64,000 nt of DNA from Rebecca billardiae RCC1528 (lineage: Eukaryota > Protista > Haptophyta). The translations under genes and the position numbers were made by a program. Shown here one piece after another: positions 35,049-45,628 of this stretch. The notes beneath the pieces were generated by a model. That model did no database searches. It saw only the letters and a list, made by a program, of their open reading frames with translations, and was not told where the DNA came from. The DNA lies in contig OZ251231.1 in assembly GCA_965240325.2 (NCBI GenBank), positions 1,240,001-1,304,000 of the forward strand, given 5' to 3'. How positions within the stretch are numbered: the stretch's first letter is position 1; the number at the start of each line of letters is the position of its first letter.

Positions 35049-36893
35049 TTACAGGGAGGTCAGCGAGAGGAAGTTGGAGCCGCTCGTCCTCGGCGCCGAC
35101 GACGCAGGCCACAGGCCGAGCACGTCCGTGACCGCGATGCCGCCGGGCGCGGTGGTGGGCTGCGCGGCGCCGCGCGCTGTGAGCGAGCAGAGCGCCTTGT
35201 GCGTCTCCCGGATCCGATTCCGCAGCACGAGGTCCGCCTCGATGTGCATGTGCCGCTGCTGCGCGGAGAGCGTCGTCCACTTGTGCAGCTCGGCGTACGG
35301 GTTCGTGCCGCACGCGTGCGGGTGCAGGCCCTGCACGTGGTTGATGTTGCGCAGCATGCGCACCCACACCTCGCGCACACCACACGGCTCTGCGAACTCG
35401 TCGCGCCACACGATGCCGCCGACGCGCTCGTTGAGCAGGGTCGCGCGCGCGTCGTCCACCGTGAGGACGCGGCCGTGCGCGAACACGTCGACGAACAGCC
35501 GCTCGACGCCCGCGCGCGCCGCCGCGGCCTGCGGGATGCCGAGCACAAAGTGCAGCGGCATCGAGACAGGCTCGAGCGAGAGACCGGCGCGGCGGCAGAC
35601 GGCCGCGTACACGATGGCGAGGGTGATCGGGATGCCCTGCCGCCAGCCGCCCGAGACGACGTAGTGCAGCAGCGAGTTGCGCATGTCGTAGTAGAAGTCG
35701 TTACTCGGCTGCAGCCGCGCTTTGTTGAAGATGAGCTCGTTGGCCGCCTCCAGCTGCTCGCGTGGCAGCGCGGGCGCGCCGCCGTCGTCTTCCGAGTCGT
35801 CCATCTGCTGCGGCGCGACGCGCGCGCCCCCCTTCGGGCCCCACGAGCCGCGCTCGCGCTTCTCGCACCGGTGCGCGAGCTGCGCGCCGAGCGCGTTGAT
35901 CGTGCTCATCACCGCGCCCACGTTGCACAGCGGGTCGTCCCACGCCGCGATCACGAGCGCGCCCGCCTCGATCGGCACGTCGTGCTCCGCTTCGAGCAAA
36001 GCCTCCAGGCGGCACCAGTCCTGCAGCCGGACGTCGCGGTTGATCTCGCGGAGGTACGCGACGGCGATCGGCACGGGCGTGCCGCGCCACTTCTCGTCCT
36101 GCAACGCCGCCTCCAGCATGATCGCCTCGGCCACGCACCGCTTGGCGAACGCGTCGGGGACGGCCGCGCGGAGCGATTCCCACGCGCTCTCGCCGAGTGA
36201 GCGCGCGGCGAGCAGGCTGGGGTGCGAGTCCATCAGCCACTGCCGCTTGAGCGTGAGCATGGCGCGCGGCTCCGAGCCCGGCGGGTACGTCTCGGCGTGC
36301 GCGCGCTGCAGCTCCGCCGACATCAGCCGGTCGATGAACGTGCGCCGCCCCCACTCACACTTCCAGCACGGGCGCGTGAGCGGCGCAAACGGCGTCAGGT
36401 TGTCGGGCTGCAGCTTGAGCAGCGCGCCCTCGAGCTGGGCGCCGAGGGCGGCGTCGACGGGCGTGGAGGGGCGCGGCGGCGCGGTCAGCGTGACGGTCGG
36501 CGCGACGACCCAGCGCGCCTGCTTCTCGTCGAAGGCGATCGCGAGCGCCAGCTGTCCGTTTCGCTCGGGCTGCATCCGCAGCTCGCGGATGACGACGAAG
36601 CGGCCGCTCTCGATGGCGGCGGACACGTCCGGGGCGGGGTCCATGCGGAAGCTGGGGCCGCCCTCGTCCAAGCCGGGCGTCGGCCACGTGGACGCCATCG
36701 ACGCCCACCACGTCGGCAGCGCCCAACGTCGCGCGCACATCGGCGCCCACACCGAGCATCGGCCGGCGAGCTCGTGCATCCGGCGGTTGCTCTGGCCGAG
36801 CGCCAGCAGCGCGTTGCACGGGAGCATGCCCATGATCTGGAGCACGATGTCGTCATCGCCCTCCATGAGCGCCGAGGCCCCACCGGCGCTCAT
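35049..36893 (-). CDS. F-box protein with SirB1/transglutaminase-like domain (FBXO21-like)
   Basis: F-box DDIVLQIMGMLPCNALLALGQSNRRMHEL..W..MC.RRW. SirB1-type motif YYDMRNSLLHYV..RQGIPITLAIVYAAVCRRAGL..MPLHF..FVDVF..RMLRNI. Confidence 0.85.
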   Translation of the reverse strand: MSAGGASALMEGDDDIVLQIMGMLPCNALLALGQSNRRMHELAGRCSVWAPMCARRWALPTWWASMASTWPTPGLDEGGPSFRMDPAPDVSAAIESGRFVVIRELRMQPERNGQLALAIAFDEKQARWVVAPTVTLTAPPRPSTPVDAALGAQLEGALLKLQPDNLTPFAPLTRPCWKCEWGRRTFIDRLMSAELQRAHAETYPPGSEPRAMLTLKRQWLMDSHPSLLAARSLGESAWESLRAAVPDAFAKRCVAEAIMLEAALQDEKWRGTPVPIAVAYLREINRDVRLQDWCRLEALLEAEHDVPIEAGALVIAAWDDPLCNVGAVMSTINALGAQLAHRCEKRERGSWGPKGGARVAPQQMDDSEDDGGAPALPREQLEAANELIFNKARLQPSNDFYYDMRNSLLHYVVSGGWRQGIPITLAIVYAAVCRRAGLSLEPVSMPLHFVLGIPQAAAARAGVERLFVDVFAHGRVLTVDDARATLLNERVGGIVWRDEFAEPCGVREVWVRMLRNINHVQGLHPHACGTNPYAELHKWTTLSAQQRHMHIEADLVLRNRIRETHKALCSLTARGAAQPTTAPGGIAVTDVLGLWPASSAPRTSGSNFLSLTSL

Positions 36894-37242
36894 TGTGGGC
36901 CGAACCTCCTTCGCCGTGGGTCGGCTCGCCGTCCCGCCCGCCCTTGCCCACACGAGGGGTTGCGCGGCCGCCCGCCTTGCCGAGGCAAGCTCGTGAGTTC
37001 CAGAGTGCTCGCATTCGCCATCCATCCTTGAAGCTGCTCGCCGTGCGTCCACCCTTGCGTCCACGGTCTCGATCCCCACCGGCACAGTGACTCTGCCGAC
37101 TGAACAACTCGGTGGCTGGCCTCCAGTGGCAGCCCCGGTGTTTTCCGGCAACTTCGCGACGCTCCGTGGGCCACTTTGGTGTCGTCACTCGCGCGTCCAA
37201 CAGCGCGGGGTTGGCGCTGGGCGCGGACTGAGGATCAGCATC

Positions 37243-38113
37243 ATGAGGTCAACGGAGCGCGACAAGCTCTGAAACTGCGAGGCTGAGCTTCCTATGCTCG
37301 GCCTCCCCGATGAGGAGCTTGCTCCCGTCTCGATGGGCACATACCAGCGCGCACGCCTATTCTGGCGCCGCTCGTCCCCGTCAGCCCTCGACCCCAAGGG
37401 CGGGCGCGGCCGCGACCAAACGTTGGCGGAGTACATCGTCGCGGAGATCCGATGATATGCCACGTACATCATCCCCGTGGTGGTGGTCAACGCCGTGCTC
37501 ATCGGCGTACTCGTTGTGGTCCTCTGAGTTGGGACTGCTACCCCCTTGGCTGCGCGTAGCACATGACCCGGGCCGCGCGAACCGCGCATGCGGTGGCGAC
37601 CCGGTGACCGACCCTGCCCGCGAAAATGGCCAATTGTGCAGGGGACTCGAGCTGCGCCGTGAGTTGACGAATGTGCCCAACGCCCAACGTCTGGCGCAGA
37701 GCCTACGTCGTCGACGCTCCACAACCTCATGCCAGCTGCTACCGAGCTCGTCCTCAATCACGAGCCCAAGGTGCTGCTGCTTCACTTGTGGACTGTGAGG
37801 GATGCGCTCGGGTTCCGGATCGGTGTTCCGCCGCCCGGCTGAAGACAACGTGCTCCTCGAGGAGGCTGGGTACCACAAGGCGAGCTACGTGCTGCGCGCG
37901 GTACAGTTTCCCTCTCTCCGCGGTCACGGCTTCAAGCGAATGTGGTACGATGGGCAGGCCGCACCGGCAGTCACACAGCATAGCGGTCCTACTACTACTC
38001 GACCGGTCTCGCGGCGCCCTGGGAGTGCCTGCCGGCCTGCCGCCAGTCGAATGTCGACAGCGCGTGGTTGTGAGCCACTACCTTACGCCCAAGCAAATTT
38101 GCCAGCCACCTGA
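37243..38113 (+). pseudogene. Decayed coding sequence with a transmembrane helix
   Basis: The frame from ATG 37243 reads as protein-like through TGA stops at 37270, 37453 and 37525, and includes YIIPVVVVNAVLIGVLVVVL. A further piece reads LLEEAGYHKASYVLRAVQFP. Confidence 0.35.
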
Positions 38114-38696
38114 GACTAGTCGATGTCGCGGATCGGACTGACACTGTCTGCTCCGGATCGGAGTCCGAATCGTCTGGTTCACGGAGCCGTCACGACTCAC
38201 GGGCTCACCCGAGGGGGCCCAGCCCGCCAGGCAGGCACTCACTAGGCAGGCTGCGAGTCAGAGTGCGGCGGCGCCGGCGGCCGGGGCCGGGCGCAGCGCG
38301 TGACTGCCGCCCGGGCCGTCCCGGGACGGCGGCACGAACCTCCGAGGACTCACGTCTCCGCGCGGCTCCGCGGACGATATTCGATAACACCAGCTGAATC
38401 TATACTGCAATAATGCATGACTAAGCTACGTACTCTTACTAGTAGAATTGATGTCTGCTGACGACTGAATCACGGTCGTGTGATCAAGACGCTATGTCAC
38501 TGACAGTGTGCGTCCACTAAGACTCGTCTCCGAATTCAATAAAGAAAACGCCGGCCGCCGACTTTTGACGACTTTTCATTTTCATTTTCGGAGTTTTTTC
38601 GCCTGCTGTATTTCTGCGCGCAACACGTCGCAACAACCCGCGGGTCGCGCTCGACGGCGACGGCGGCGAGGCACACGCGCGCGCCCTCGCGGCACC

Positions 38697-39575
38697 ATGG
38701 TGGACCACGCTGAGGAGCAGCAGATGGAGATGGAGATGCTGCAGGCGATGTTCATGGAGGAGCTGAAGCTAGGTGACTCGCCCAAGTCGTTCTCGATCGA
38801 CCTCTACCCAGAGACGGGCGGCGAGAACCACGTCGTGGCCGAGCTGCACGTCAGCTACCCGGATCGATATCCCGAGGAGCTGCCTGAGCTGCGGGTGGTG
38901 GGGAAGGAGGGCCTGTCGGACGAGATGTGCGCCGCGGCTCAGGGCGAGCTGCTTGCCATGGCGGCTGATCTCGCCGGCACGGCGATGATCTGGCCGCTTG
39001 CCGAGCACCTGCAAGGGTGGCTGCGTGAGCACAACAAGCCACGCGAAGCGAACATGCACGATGAGATGATGTCTCGGATGGCCTCCAAGGGCGGCGCAGG
39101 CGCGGACCGGGCGGCGGACGATGCGGACGAGGACGAACACGGCGATGACGAGGGCAGCGGCGGCGGCGGCGGACGCACGCGCGCGTCCGACGTCGACGAG
39201 CGCAAGATGCACGACACGTACACGCCGGTGACCGCGGAGAGCTTCGCCGAGTGGCGGAAGGCATACGACGCGCGCATGCGGGCGGCGGACGACTCCGGGC
39301 CGACAGCACCAGGTGCCTTGCTTGCGATGGACAAGCTGACTGGCAGGCAAATCTTCGAGTCGGGCAGGCTCGGCGCCGCCGATGATGGCGGGGGCGACGC
39401 AGACGCAAACGACGGCGCCGTGGATGCCGATTACACACGGCGCGAGTCGGACGAGGAGGAGGATGCTGCGGACGCGAGCGGTGTGCAGGCAGTCCCGGGG
39501 TCAGCGGATGGAGGCGTTACCATCGACGAGTCGCTCTTCGTGGATGACGATGACGTGCCGGATGAGGACGATTGA
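38697..39575 (+). CDS. RWDD1: RWD domain protein 1 (DFRP2/Gir2)
   Basis: EEQQMEMEMLQAMF, YPDRYPEELP, GTAMIW, TPVTAESFAEWR, KLTGRQIFE and an acidic tail. Confidence 0.92.
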   Translation: MVDHAEEQQMEMEMLQAMFMEELKLGDSPKSFSIDLYPETGGENHVVAELHVSYPDRYPEELPELRVVGKEGLSDEMCAAAQGELLAMAADLAGTAMIWPLAEHLQGWLREHNKPREANMHDEMMSRMASKGGAGADRAADDADEDEHGDDEGSGGGGGRTRASDVDERKMHDTYTPVTAESFAEWRKAYDARMRAADDSGPTAPGALLAMDKLTGRQIFESGRLGAADDGGGDADANDGAVDADYTRRESDEEEDAADASGVQAVPGSADGGVTIDESLFVDDDDVPDEDD

Positions 39576-40465
39576 TCGCTGCGGCAGGCGTTGCGGTTGC
39601 TGCTGTGAGTTCCGGGTGACACTGGCGCCGCAGGTGGCAGCTCGGGCCGTGCGCAGACGCCATCGGACGGCAGAGCTCTTGAATCGGACTGCCGCCTGCG
39701 ACGTCGGGAGACACTCGGTATAGTCACTCGGACTCTGGTTTTTTTCTTCGGACGTTCGACTAAATATTGGCCAGCCTTAAGTGCTCAGCCCGTTATAAAG
39801 GGGAATTTTAATAATAAAAAAGCCGCCAGGACCGTACGGCGTACCTGCGGGTTAATAATAATATGTAACGGTCCGATCTCGCGACGACACACATATATTT
39901 AACGACACACACATATATATATATGTATAAAACTAAACTTACTTTTAGACGCGATGCCGATGATGATAATGACGACGCTCACTCAGACTCTCGACTCTCG
40001 ACTCTCGAGCGTCGAGCCCTCGTAATTATTGAGTCGAAATTCGGAGTTGGGTGTCAGGTGACGACTCTGCGACGCGTGACGACTGTCCACTGCGGTCGTC
40101 TGTCACTGCGATGATTGCCTTCTACTGGGCCGCGGTGAGTCGAATGCTGTCGTCTGGCACGGCGATGCGTGCCTTCTGGGCCGCGGTGTCGTGGTAAAGA
40201 ATGTCTGAAACGACGTGGGGCCGGGACGCGGCTTGCACGCAGGCACAGTAGCCGTTCAGTAGTCCGTGATCACGATATGAGTTATGACCCACGACGGATG
40301 GTTGGCACAGAGCGCGCGATACGAGCCACAGGTCATAGGAACGATGATGTGGGCTGGGTTGTGCGTGCGATTTCGTCCATTGAACATCGAGCGATATGCC
40401 ATCACAAACATCAGCACGTTCAGCGGGTCGTTGAGACTGCATGCGGACAATGCCTGTTGTTGTGC

Positions 40466-40756
40466 TCAGCTTGGTACTGGTGCAGGTGCTGTCGGCGACT
40501 CGCGCGAGAGAACTTTCGGTTCACCAAGCATGACGACGGCCTTCTTGAAGACCTTCGACGAATCGCCTTTCTTTGGTAAGTTGACTGTGAAGACGCGCGT
40601 GACATTCAACGAGTAGACCTTTCGCAAGTACTCCTGCAGCTCGAGCTTGGACATGCGTGGCTCGATGATGAACGTGGCCTGATTGGGCATGCCGTATGTC
40701 TTTGCGAACTCGTGGTGCATCAGCACCACCCTCCAGTTCGGGATCAGGCGTACCAT
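40466..40756 (-). CDS. MRPL23: Ribosomal protein uL23, mitochondrial type
   Basis: NQATFIIEPRMSKLELQEYLRKVYSLNVTRVFTVN..FKKAVVML. Confidence 0.88.
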   Translation of the reverse strand: MVRLIPNWRVVLMHHEFAKTYGMPNQATFIIEPRMSKLELQEYLRKVYSLNVTRVFTVNLPKKGDSSKVFKKAVVMLGEPKVLSRESPTAPAPVPS

Positions 40757-40931
40757 CGAGCGCGCCCCAACAACGACTCACGCACGAGGCGGCGGAAATC
40801 ACGATGGCTGCTTTGCGTCGTTCGGGATTACGTGGTGCCCGCCGAACTCCCATCTCAGTGTCACTGACGAATCGCGACTCGCGTTCGTAATCGTGACGCC
40901 GACAGTAGTTACGGTATGTACTGTCAGTCTG

Positions 40932-40979
40932 TCTCGCCTGCCTGAGCTGTGTGCGTCTCTTATTCTTAGTAAACTGTAC
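40932..40979. repeat. Lone 48-bp copy of the foldback element end
   Basis: Identical to 18968-19015 (TCTCGCCTGCCTGAGCTGTGTGCGTCTCTTATTCTTAGTAAACTGTAC). Confidence 0.93.
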
Positions 40980-41434
40980 AGTAGCTAAAGTTAGTAGCTA
41001 GTAACTGCCAGCTAGTAGCTCCCTCAGTGTCATGAGTGTACCACCATGACTCTGAGTCATGCGGCATGCCATGAGGGGTTTACACTATCGTCATCGATTG
41101 CCAATAACCCCCTTGCCCTTGGTACTCGGGCCGCACTCTCTGAATCTGATGGCCGCTCCGGGCAGACGACAGACAGTCACTAGTCAGACTGCCACCCGAG
41201 ACAGTGACACCGTGTGACCGTCACTCACTAGATTGGCACTACTATACTGCTACCGCGCCGACAGTGGACAGTGGTCCGTGGCCGAGTCAGAGACAGAGTG
41301 CGGATCGTGCGGGCCGCTCGCCCAAGGGCCGCTAGCTCCGCACCCGGTCTCATCCCTCGCGTTCACGTCGAAGCAGCCTGCCGAGCAACCGACTGTGGCA
41401 GTGCGCCGTACCGACGCTATGTCACCTAGATATA

Positions 41435-42406
41435 TCATTTGCGGGCTCGCTTGGCCGCCCGCTGGCCGGCGGCCGCGCTGCGGCGAGAGCCTTGGCGCTC
41501 GAAGCGCTCGCCAAAGTTGAACGAGAACGAGATGCGCACGGTGCCTCCCTGTTCATCCTCGCTCATCCTCGTCCCTGCCGCGGCCACGCCTGCCACGGGC
41601 AGCACGCAGTGCTCCAGCCATGACGGAAACAGGAGCAGCAGACCGGGCTGAGGGTCAACGTGCGCGATGGCAGACCAGCCCTCTGGCCGCGCCGGGTCGG
41701 TGGCAAACTGGCCTCCAGCGCGCTCGGGCGGCACGCCTCCGACGGCCGTGCGAAAGACGAGGCGGCCGGACTGCACGGCGCCACTGCCGGCTGGTGCGCG
41801 CGTGCCAGCTGACGACGACGACGCGCGCGGCGGCGGCGCGACCCGCACGTAGTACACACCGCTCCAGGTGGCGCCGGCGTGGTCATGCAGTCCGTGGTAG
41901 TGCGTCGGCCGCGAGACGTTGCACCACAGGGAGGTGAGCTCCGGGCGGGCTCGAGCGGTGCGGGACCCCAGCTCGTCGGCCTCGGCCTCGCGCACCGCCT
42001 GCTCCAGCTTCGCGGTGAGCGCGCCCAGCCGCTTCGACGAGCGCGGCGCGAGCCGCTTCGAGTGGTACGCGCCGACGTTGGAGACACTGAGGCCGCGCAG
42101 CGTGCCCTCGAGGTGGAGAGCCAGCGCCTCCAGTCGCCGGTTGAGCGCGGCGGCTAGCATGGGCCGCAGCGTGAAGGCGTGGAGCGTCACCTGATCCCAG
42201 CCCGGGTTGACACTCGCCATCGAGAGCTCGTCGTCGAGAGAGAGGTCGAGCGCGACATGCCGCGCGAAAGCTTTGGACGGAAGTGCGCGCGCAGATGTGC
42301 GCGCTGGATGGAAGGTCTCGAAGGCGCCGACCACTTTGCGATACAAACGCAAAAGCTCGTCCGACTTGTGCTCCTCGCGCTCGCCGGCCGAGCGCTTGCG
42401 CCCCAT
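41435..42406 (-). CDS. Putative 2OG-Fe(II) oxygenase (TIGR02466/PF13759-like)
   Basis: SNVGAYHS, WCNVSRPTHYHGLHDHAGATWSGVYYV, GRLVF, PQPGLLLLFPSWLEHCVLP and RISFSFN. Confidence 0.88.
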   Translation of the reverse strand: MGRKRSAGEREEHKSDELLRLYRKVVGAFETFHPARTSARALPSKAFARHVALDLSLDDELSMASVNPGWDQVTLHAFTLRPMLAAALNRRLEALALHLEGTLRGLSVSNVGAYHSKRLAPRSSKRLGALTAKLEQAVREAEADELGSRTARARPELTSLWCNVSRPTHYHGLHDHAGATWSGVYYVRVAPPPRASSSSAGTRAPAGSGAVQSGRLVFRTAVGGVPPERAGGQFATDPARPEGWSAIAHVDPQPGLLLLFPSWLEHCVLPVAGVAAAGTRMSEDEQGGTVRISFSFNFGERFERQGSRRSAAAGQRAAKRARK

Positions 42407-42538
42407 ACTGTACTAGGCCAGGGAGTGGCGCGGCCGAGCGGCCAGCATCGTTCGCAACAGGACCCAAGCTGAAAGCGGCAGTGACGAGCGCGCGATCGGG
42501 CGCCACGGGCGGCCTTCCGGCAGCGTCTTCGGCGCGTC

Positions 42539-43267
42539 ATGTCGACGGAAACCAGCGTGCCGGGCATCACGGTTGCGGACTTCCTGGCGGTTGGCCTGAC
42601 CGAGGAGGACGCAAGCAGAGCAAAGACGCCAGACGAGCTCGCGCGCATCAGCTACTGGCAGACGCAGTCCAAGAAGGAGCTGTCCGTCGCGTGCGGCATG
42701 GTCGGCATGAAGCCAGACGGCAGCTACGCGCAGATGGTGCTGAAGCTCGCGCTGATCAAGCAGCTGCCGGACGACGTAGAGGTGCCTCGTCCCCAAAAGC
42801 GCGGTGCCGAGGCGCAGTTCTCCGAGAAGCCGACGTTAGAGCATCTTCGACGCGATCTGCACGCCTTTGCAACAGAGCGCGACTGGCACCAGTTCCACAC
42901 ACCGCGCAATCTCGTGCTCGCCTTGGTTGGCGAGGTCGGCGAGCTGGCCGAGCTCTTCCAGTGGCGTGGCGACGCGCAGTGCGCGCCCGGCCTGCCTGGC
43001 TGGAGCGACAAGGATCGCTCACACCTGGAGGAGGAGCTCAGCGACGTCTTGCTCTACCTTGTGCGCGTCAGCCACATGTGCGGGGTCGACCTGCCCAAGG
43101 CCGCTGCTTCCAAGATGGCTAAGAACGCTGCTAAATACCCAGCACACCTTGTGCGCGGCTCTTCGAAGAAGTACACAGAGTACGCGCGGAGCACTGGCGA
43201 TGGCGAGAGGTCTCCGAAGCGTCACAAGTCTGCGGAGGACGATGCGGAGGACAATGTCAATGAATGA
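42539..43267 (+). CDS. DCTPP1: dCTP pyrophosphatase 1 (MazG-like) with N-terminal SAP-like extension
   Basis: FATERDWHQFHTPRNLVLALVGEVGELAELFQW, EEELSDVLLYLVR and KMAKNAAKYP. Confidence 0.93.
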   Translation: MSTETSVPGITVADFLAVGLTEEDASRAKTPDELARISYWQTQSKKELSVACGMVGMKPDGSYAQMVLKLALIKQLPDDVEVPRPQKRGAEAQFSEKPTLEHLRRDLHAFATERDWHQFHTPRNLVLALVGEVGELAELFQWRGDAQCAPGLPGWSDKDRSHLEEELSDVLLYLVRVSHMCGVDLPKAAASKMAKNAAKYPAHLVRGSSKKYTEYARSTGDGERSPKRHKSAEDDAEDNVNE

Positions 43268-43668
43268 TCACTTCGCCTGATTAGTGATTGAGCCTGCCGT
43301 GAAAGTTAGCTCCGGCCACTGCCCGCTGCCTTGGCTGGTGAGTGGACAGACTGTGGTGCGCTGACACTTGAATACAGTAGCTCTTCCGGCAACGTATGCT
43401 CGTGTAGCTTATGGTGCTCCATGATGAGCGATCTTTGGGGTCGGCCCAAGGGGGTTTCACCCGATTGGACATTGGTGGTCGAAGGCCGACGACGGCGGCG
43501 GCGGGCGCCAAGTGCCGCCATCGCTGCACCGTTCGTTTTTTTCGCTAATTGCCGAAACTGGTCAGGACCGTAGTAGTAGCGCTATCGGTAGCTGCTCAAA
43601 AAAACTCATATGCACAAAGCTGGGCCGCCTGGGCGCCGCCCGATGGACTGATGAGCCGCTCGGACGTG

Positions 43669-44432
43669 ATGATGTCCCTCGGCGTGGCGGCTCTGCCAAG
43701 AAGAGCGCGGCTGACCGCCCTTGCGATTGGCCTGACGGTCACCTCTGTCGTCTTCGTGCTCGCGATCGCAGGCCATTCGCACGTTGGCGCGCATGCGCTG
43801 CGCTACACGCCTTCCCTGGAGAAGCTCCAGCGAGCTCCAGAAGGCACCACGTGCGTGCAGCCGGGAGCGATTGCCATATGCGTGGCGCCCGTGCGAGCGG
43901 CGCCTGAGCCCATCTGAACTCGCTTCGCTCCCTCCCGTGCGTGCCCACACGTAGGTGCGTACCGCTGCGCGCGGACAACCACAAGGGCCAGTGCCCGGAG
44001 CTCGCCTACTACGAGACTGGCCGCTGGTGGGGCGGCACGTGCTGCCTGCCGCAGAACTTTGCCTGCAGGCGCAGGTCAGGGTACACGTGCGTCGCCGGCG
44101 AGCTCAGCGTCGTAGAAGTCGACTGGGCGAGCGCCTACGGCGGGCTCGACCAGTGCTGCCACGACTACCGCGGGACGACGTGCCCACCCTGCTTTGAGAT
44201 CCTGGCCAACACAGCCGGTGAGTGCCCGAAGCAGGCTGTCTACCAGATGACTGGGCACGTGTTCGGTGGCATGTGCTGCATGCCGCCGGGCTGGCTCTGC
44301 AGCGTCAAGAGAGACGCCCCCTGCGCCGACAAAGAGGTCCAGGTGCGTGGGGTAATAGGTGAGGCAGAGGAGCACTGCTGCCGGTTCGACAGCCACGAGA
44401 CTGCGGCGATGCACGATCAATGTGTGGCCTGA
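43669..44432 (+). CDS. Signal-anchored Cys-rich protein (219 aa); intron 43851-43954
   Basis: The hydrophobic segment LTALAIGLTVTSVVFVLAIAG is joined in frame by a GTGCGT..CGTAG intron to an exon with 18 Cys in two repeats. Confidence 0.8.
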
Positions 44433-45628
44433 CAGTGTGGGACCGTGATGGGCGGGCACAGGAACCGCCGTGAGGCAGCCCCGGCGCAGCTTCGAGACTA
44501 TGCTGCCACTGCGCGGCCGCCATGGCCACGTCCATGCCGACGGTCACATCGCGTGGTCTGCATTCTCGAGGTCGCGCCGACCAGACTACGGTACTCTCAC
44601 TATATACCGGATTCGGCCCGACATCTAATAATGCCCGCGGCAACTCGGCAAGCTGACGCGTGCCATTAATTCATCCGGTCGAGCACTACCGATGGCGATA
44701 TCGGGGACTGCTGATCTCTGAATTCTCTGATGGCAGCAACTTCGCGTTCAGAACTCCCGCTGCGGTGAGTGCGGCCCGCGCCGCTCCCGGAGGCGGAAGG
44801 AGTCAGGGGCACCCCGCGCCGCCGAACGCTTACGTGACTCGGACGACTCAGCACGTGACAGACGCGGTGAGCAGCACTGCTACGACCGAATAATAATCAT
44901 AATGGCGATGATCATCGCATCGATCGAATCTTGGCCGAATCACGTCTCGGAATAGCCTTAGCAAATAGCAATAGCAATAAGTATAGTACGACAGTAAGCA
45001 TCCGCCTTGTCGCGCAGCTTAGCGGGCGCGCCGCACTGAGCACTCTCCGGACTCGGCCGCACGCCAAGCCTGGCCCGCAGCCCCGGGCCCTGCAGGCCTG
45101 CTGGCTGCTGGCCTGCTCACTGCCTGCTGCCACGGTGGTGACTGGGGAGTGAGGGCGAGGCCCTGATGCCCCGAGTACGCCGGCGTGCGCACTCCCCCGC
45201 CGGCATCGGACATCGTCTGGACCGTCTGTCTCTACTGAGTCTCTAGGGGCACTCAGCACTCTGGAGTCTGGTCGCGCGCGTTGCTGATGCCTGATTCCAG
45301 CGTCGCGTACGCCTAAACGAAGTGTGCACGTTAAATCATAGCAGCGCAGTAAACTGTAGTTATTACTATTGTTATAAATTTAATTTATTATTTAAATACG
45401 ATTCAATGATTTACGTTATTGCCATCCATGATATCACTGCGCTATCAATTTTTCAGAAGCAGTCCAGAATCAGTGACCCGGGCCGCGGCGTGAGACGCCG
45501 ATAAGTCCGCGAGGCGGCCATATTATAGCCGATCATCCATTCATCGACGTATCATTGGTAGTACGACTCGGCTATGATGACATGGCGTACATGCGCAGCA
45601 CAATGCCGCTGAATCCGCCTGCCAGTCA

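Noticed and set aside
37243-37527. Selenoprotein reading of the in-frame TGAs
   Set aside because: No redox motif context and no identifiable SECIS.
40122-40442. 106-aa ORF downstream of MRPL23
   Set aside because: No recognisable motif and weak codon bias; it could be 3' UTR.
34116-40978. Composite transposon carrying the F-box, RWDD1 and MRPL23 genes
   Set aside because: The left end is only a 12-bp match and the cargo looks like ordinary resident genes.
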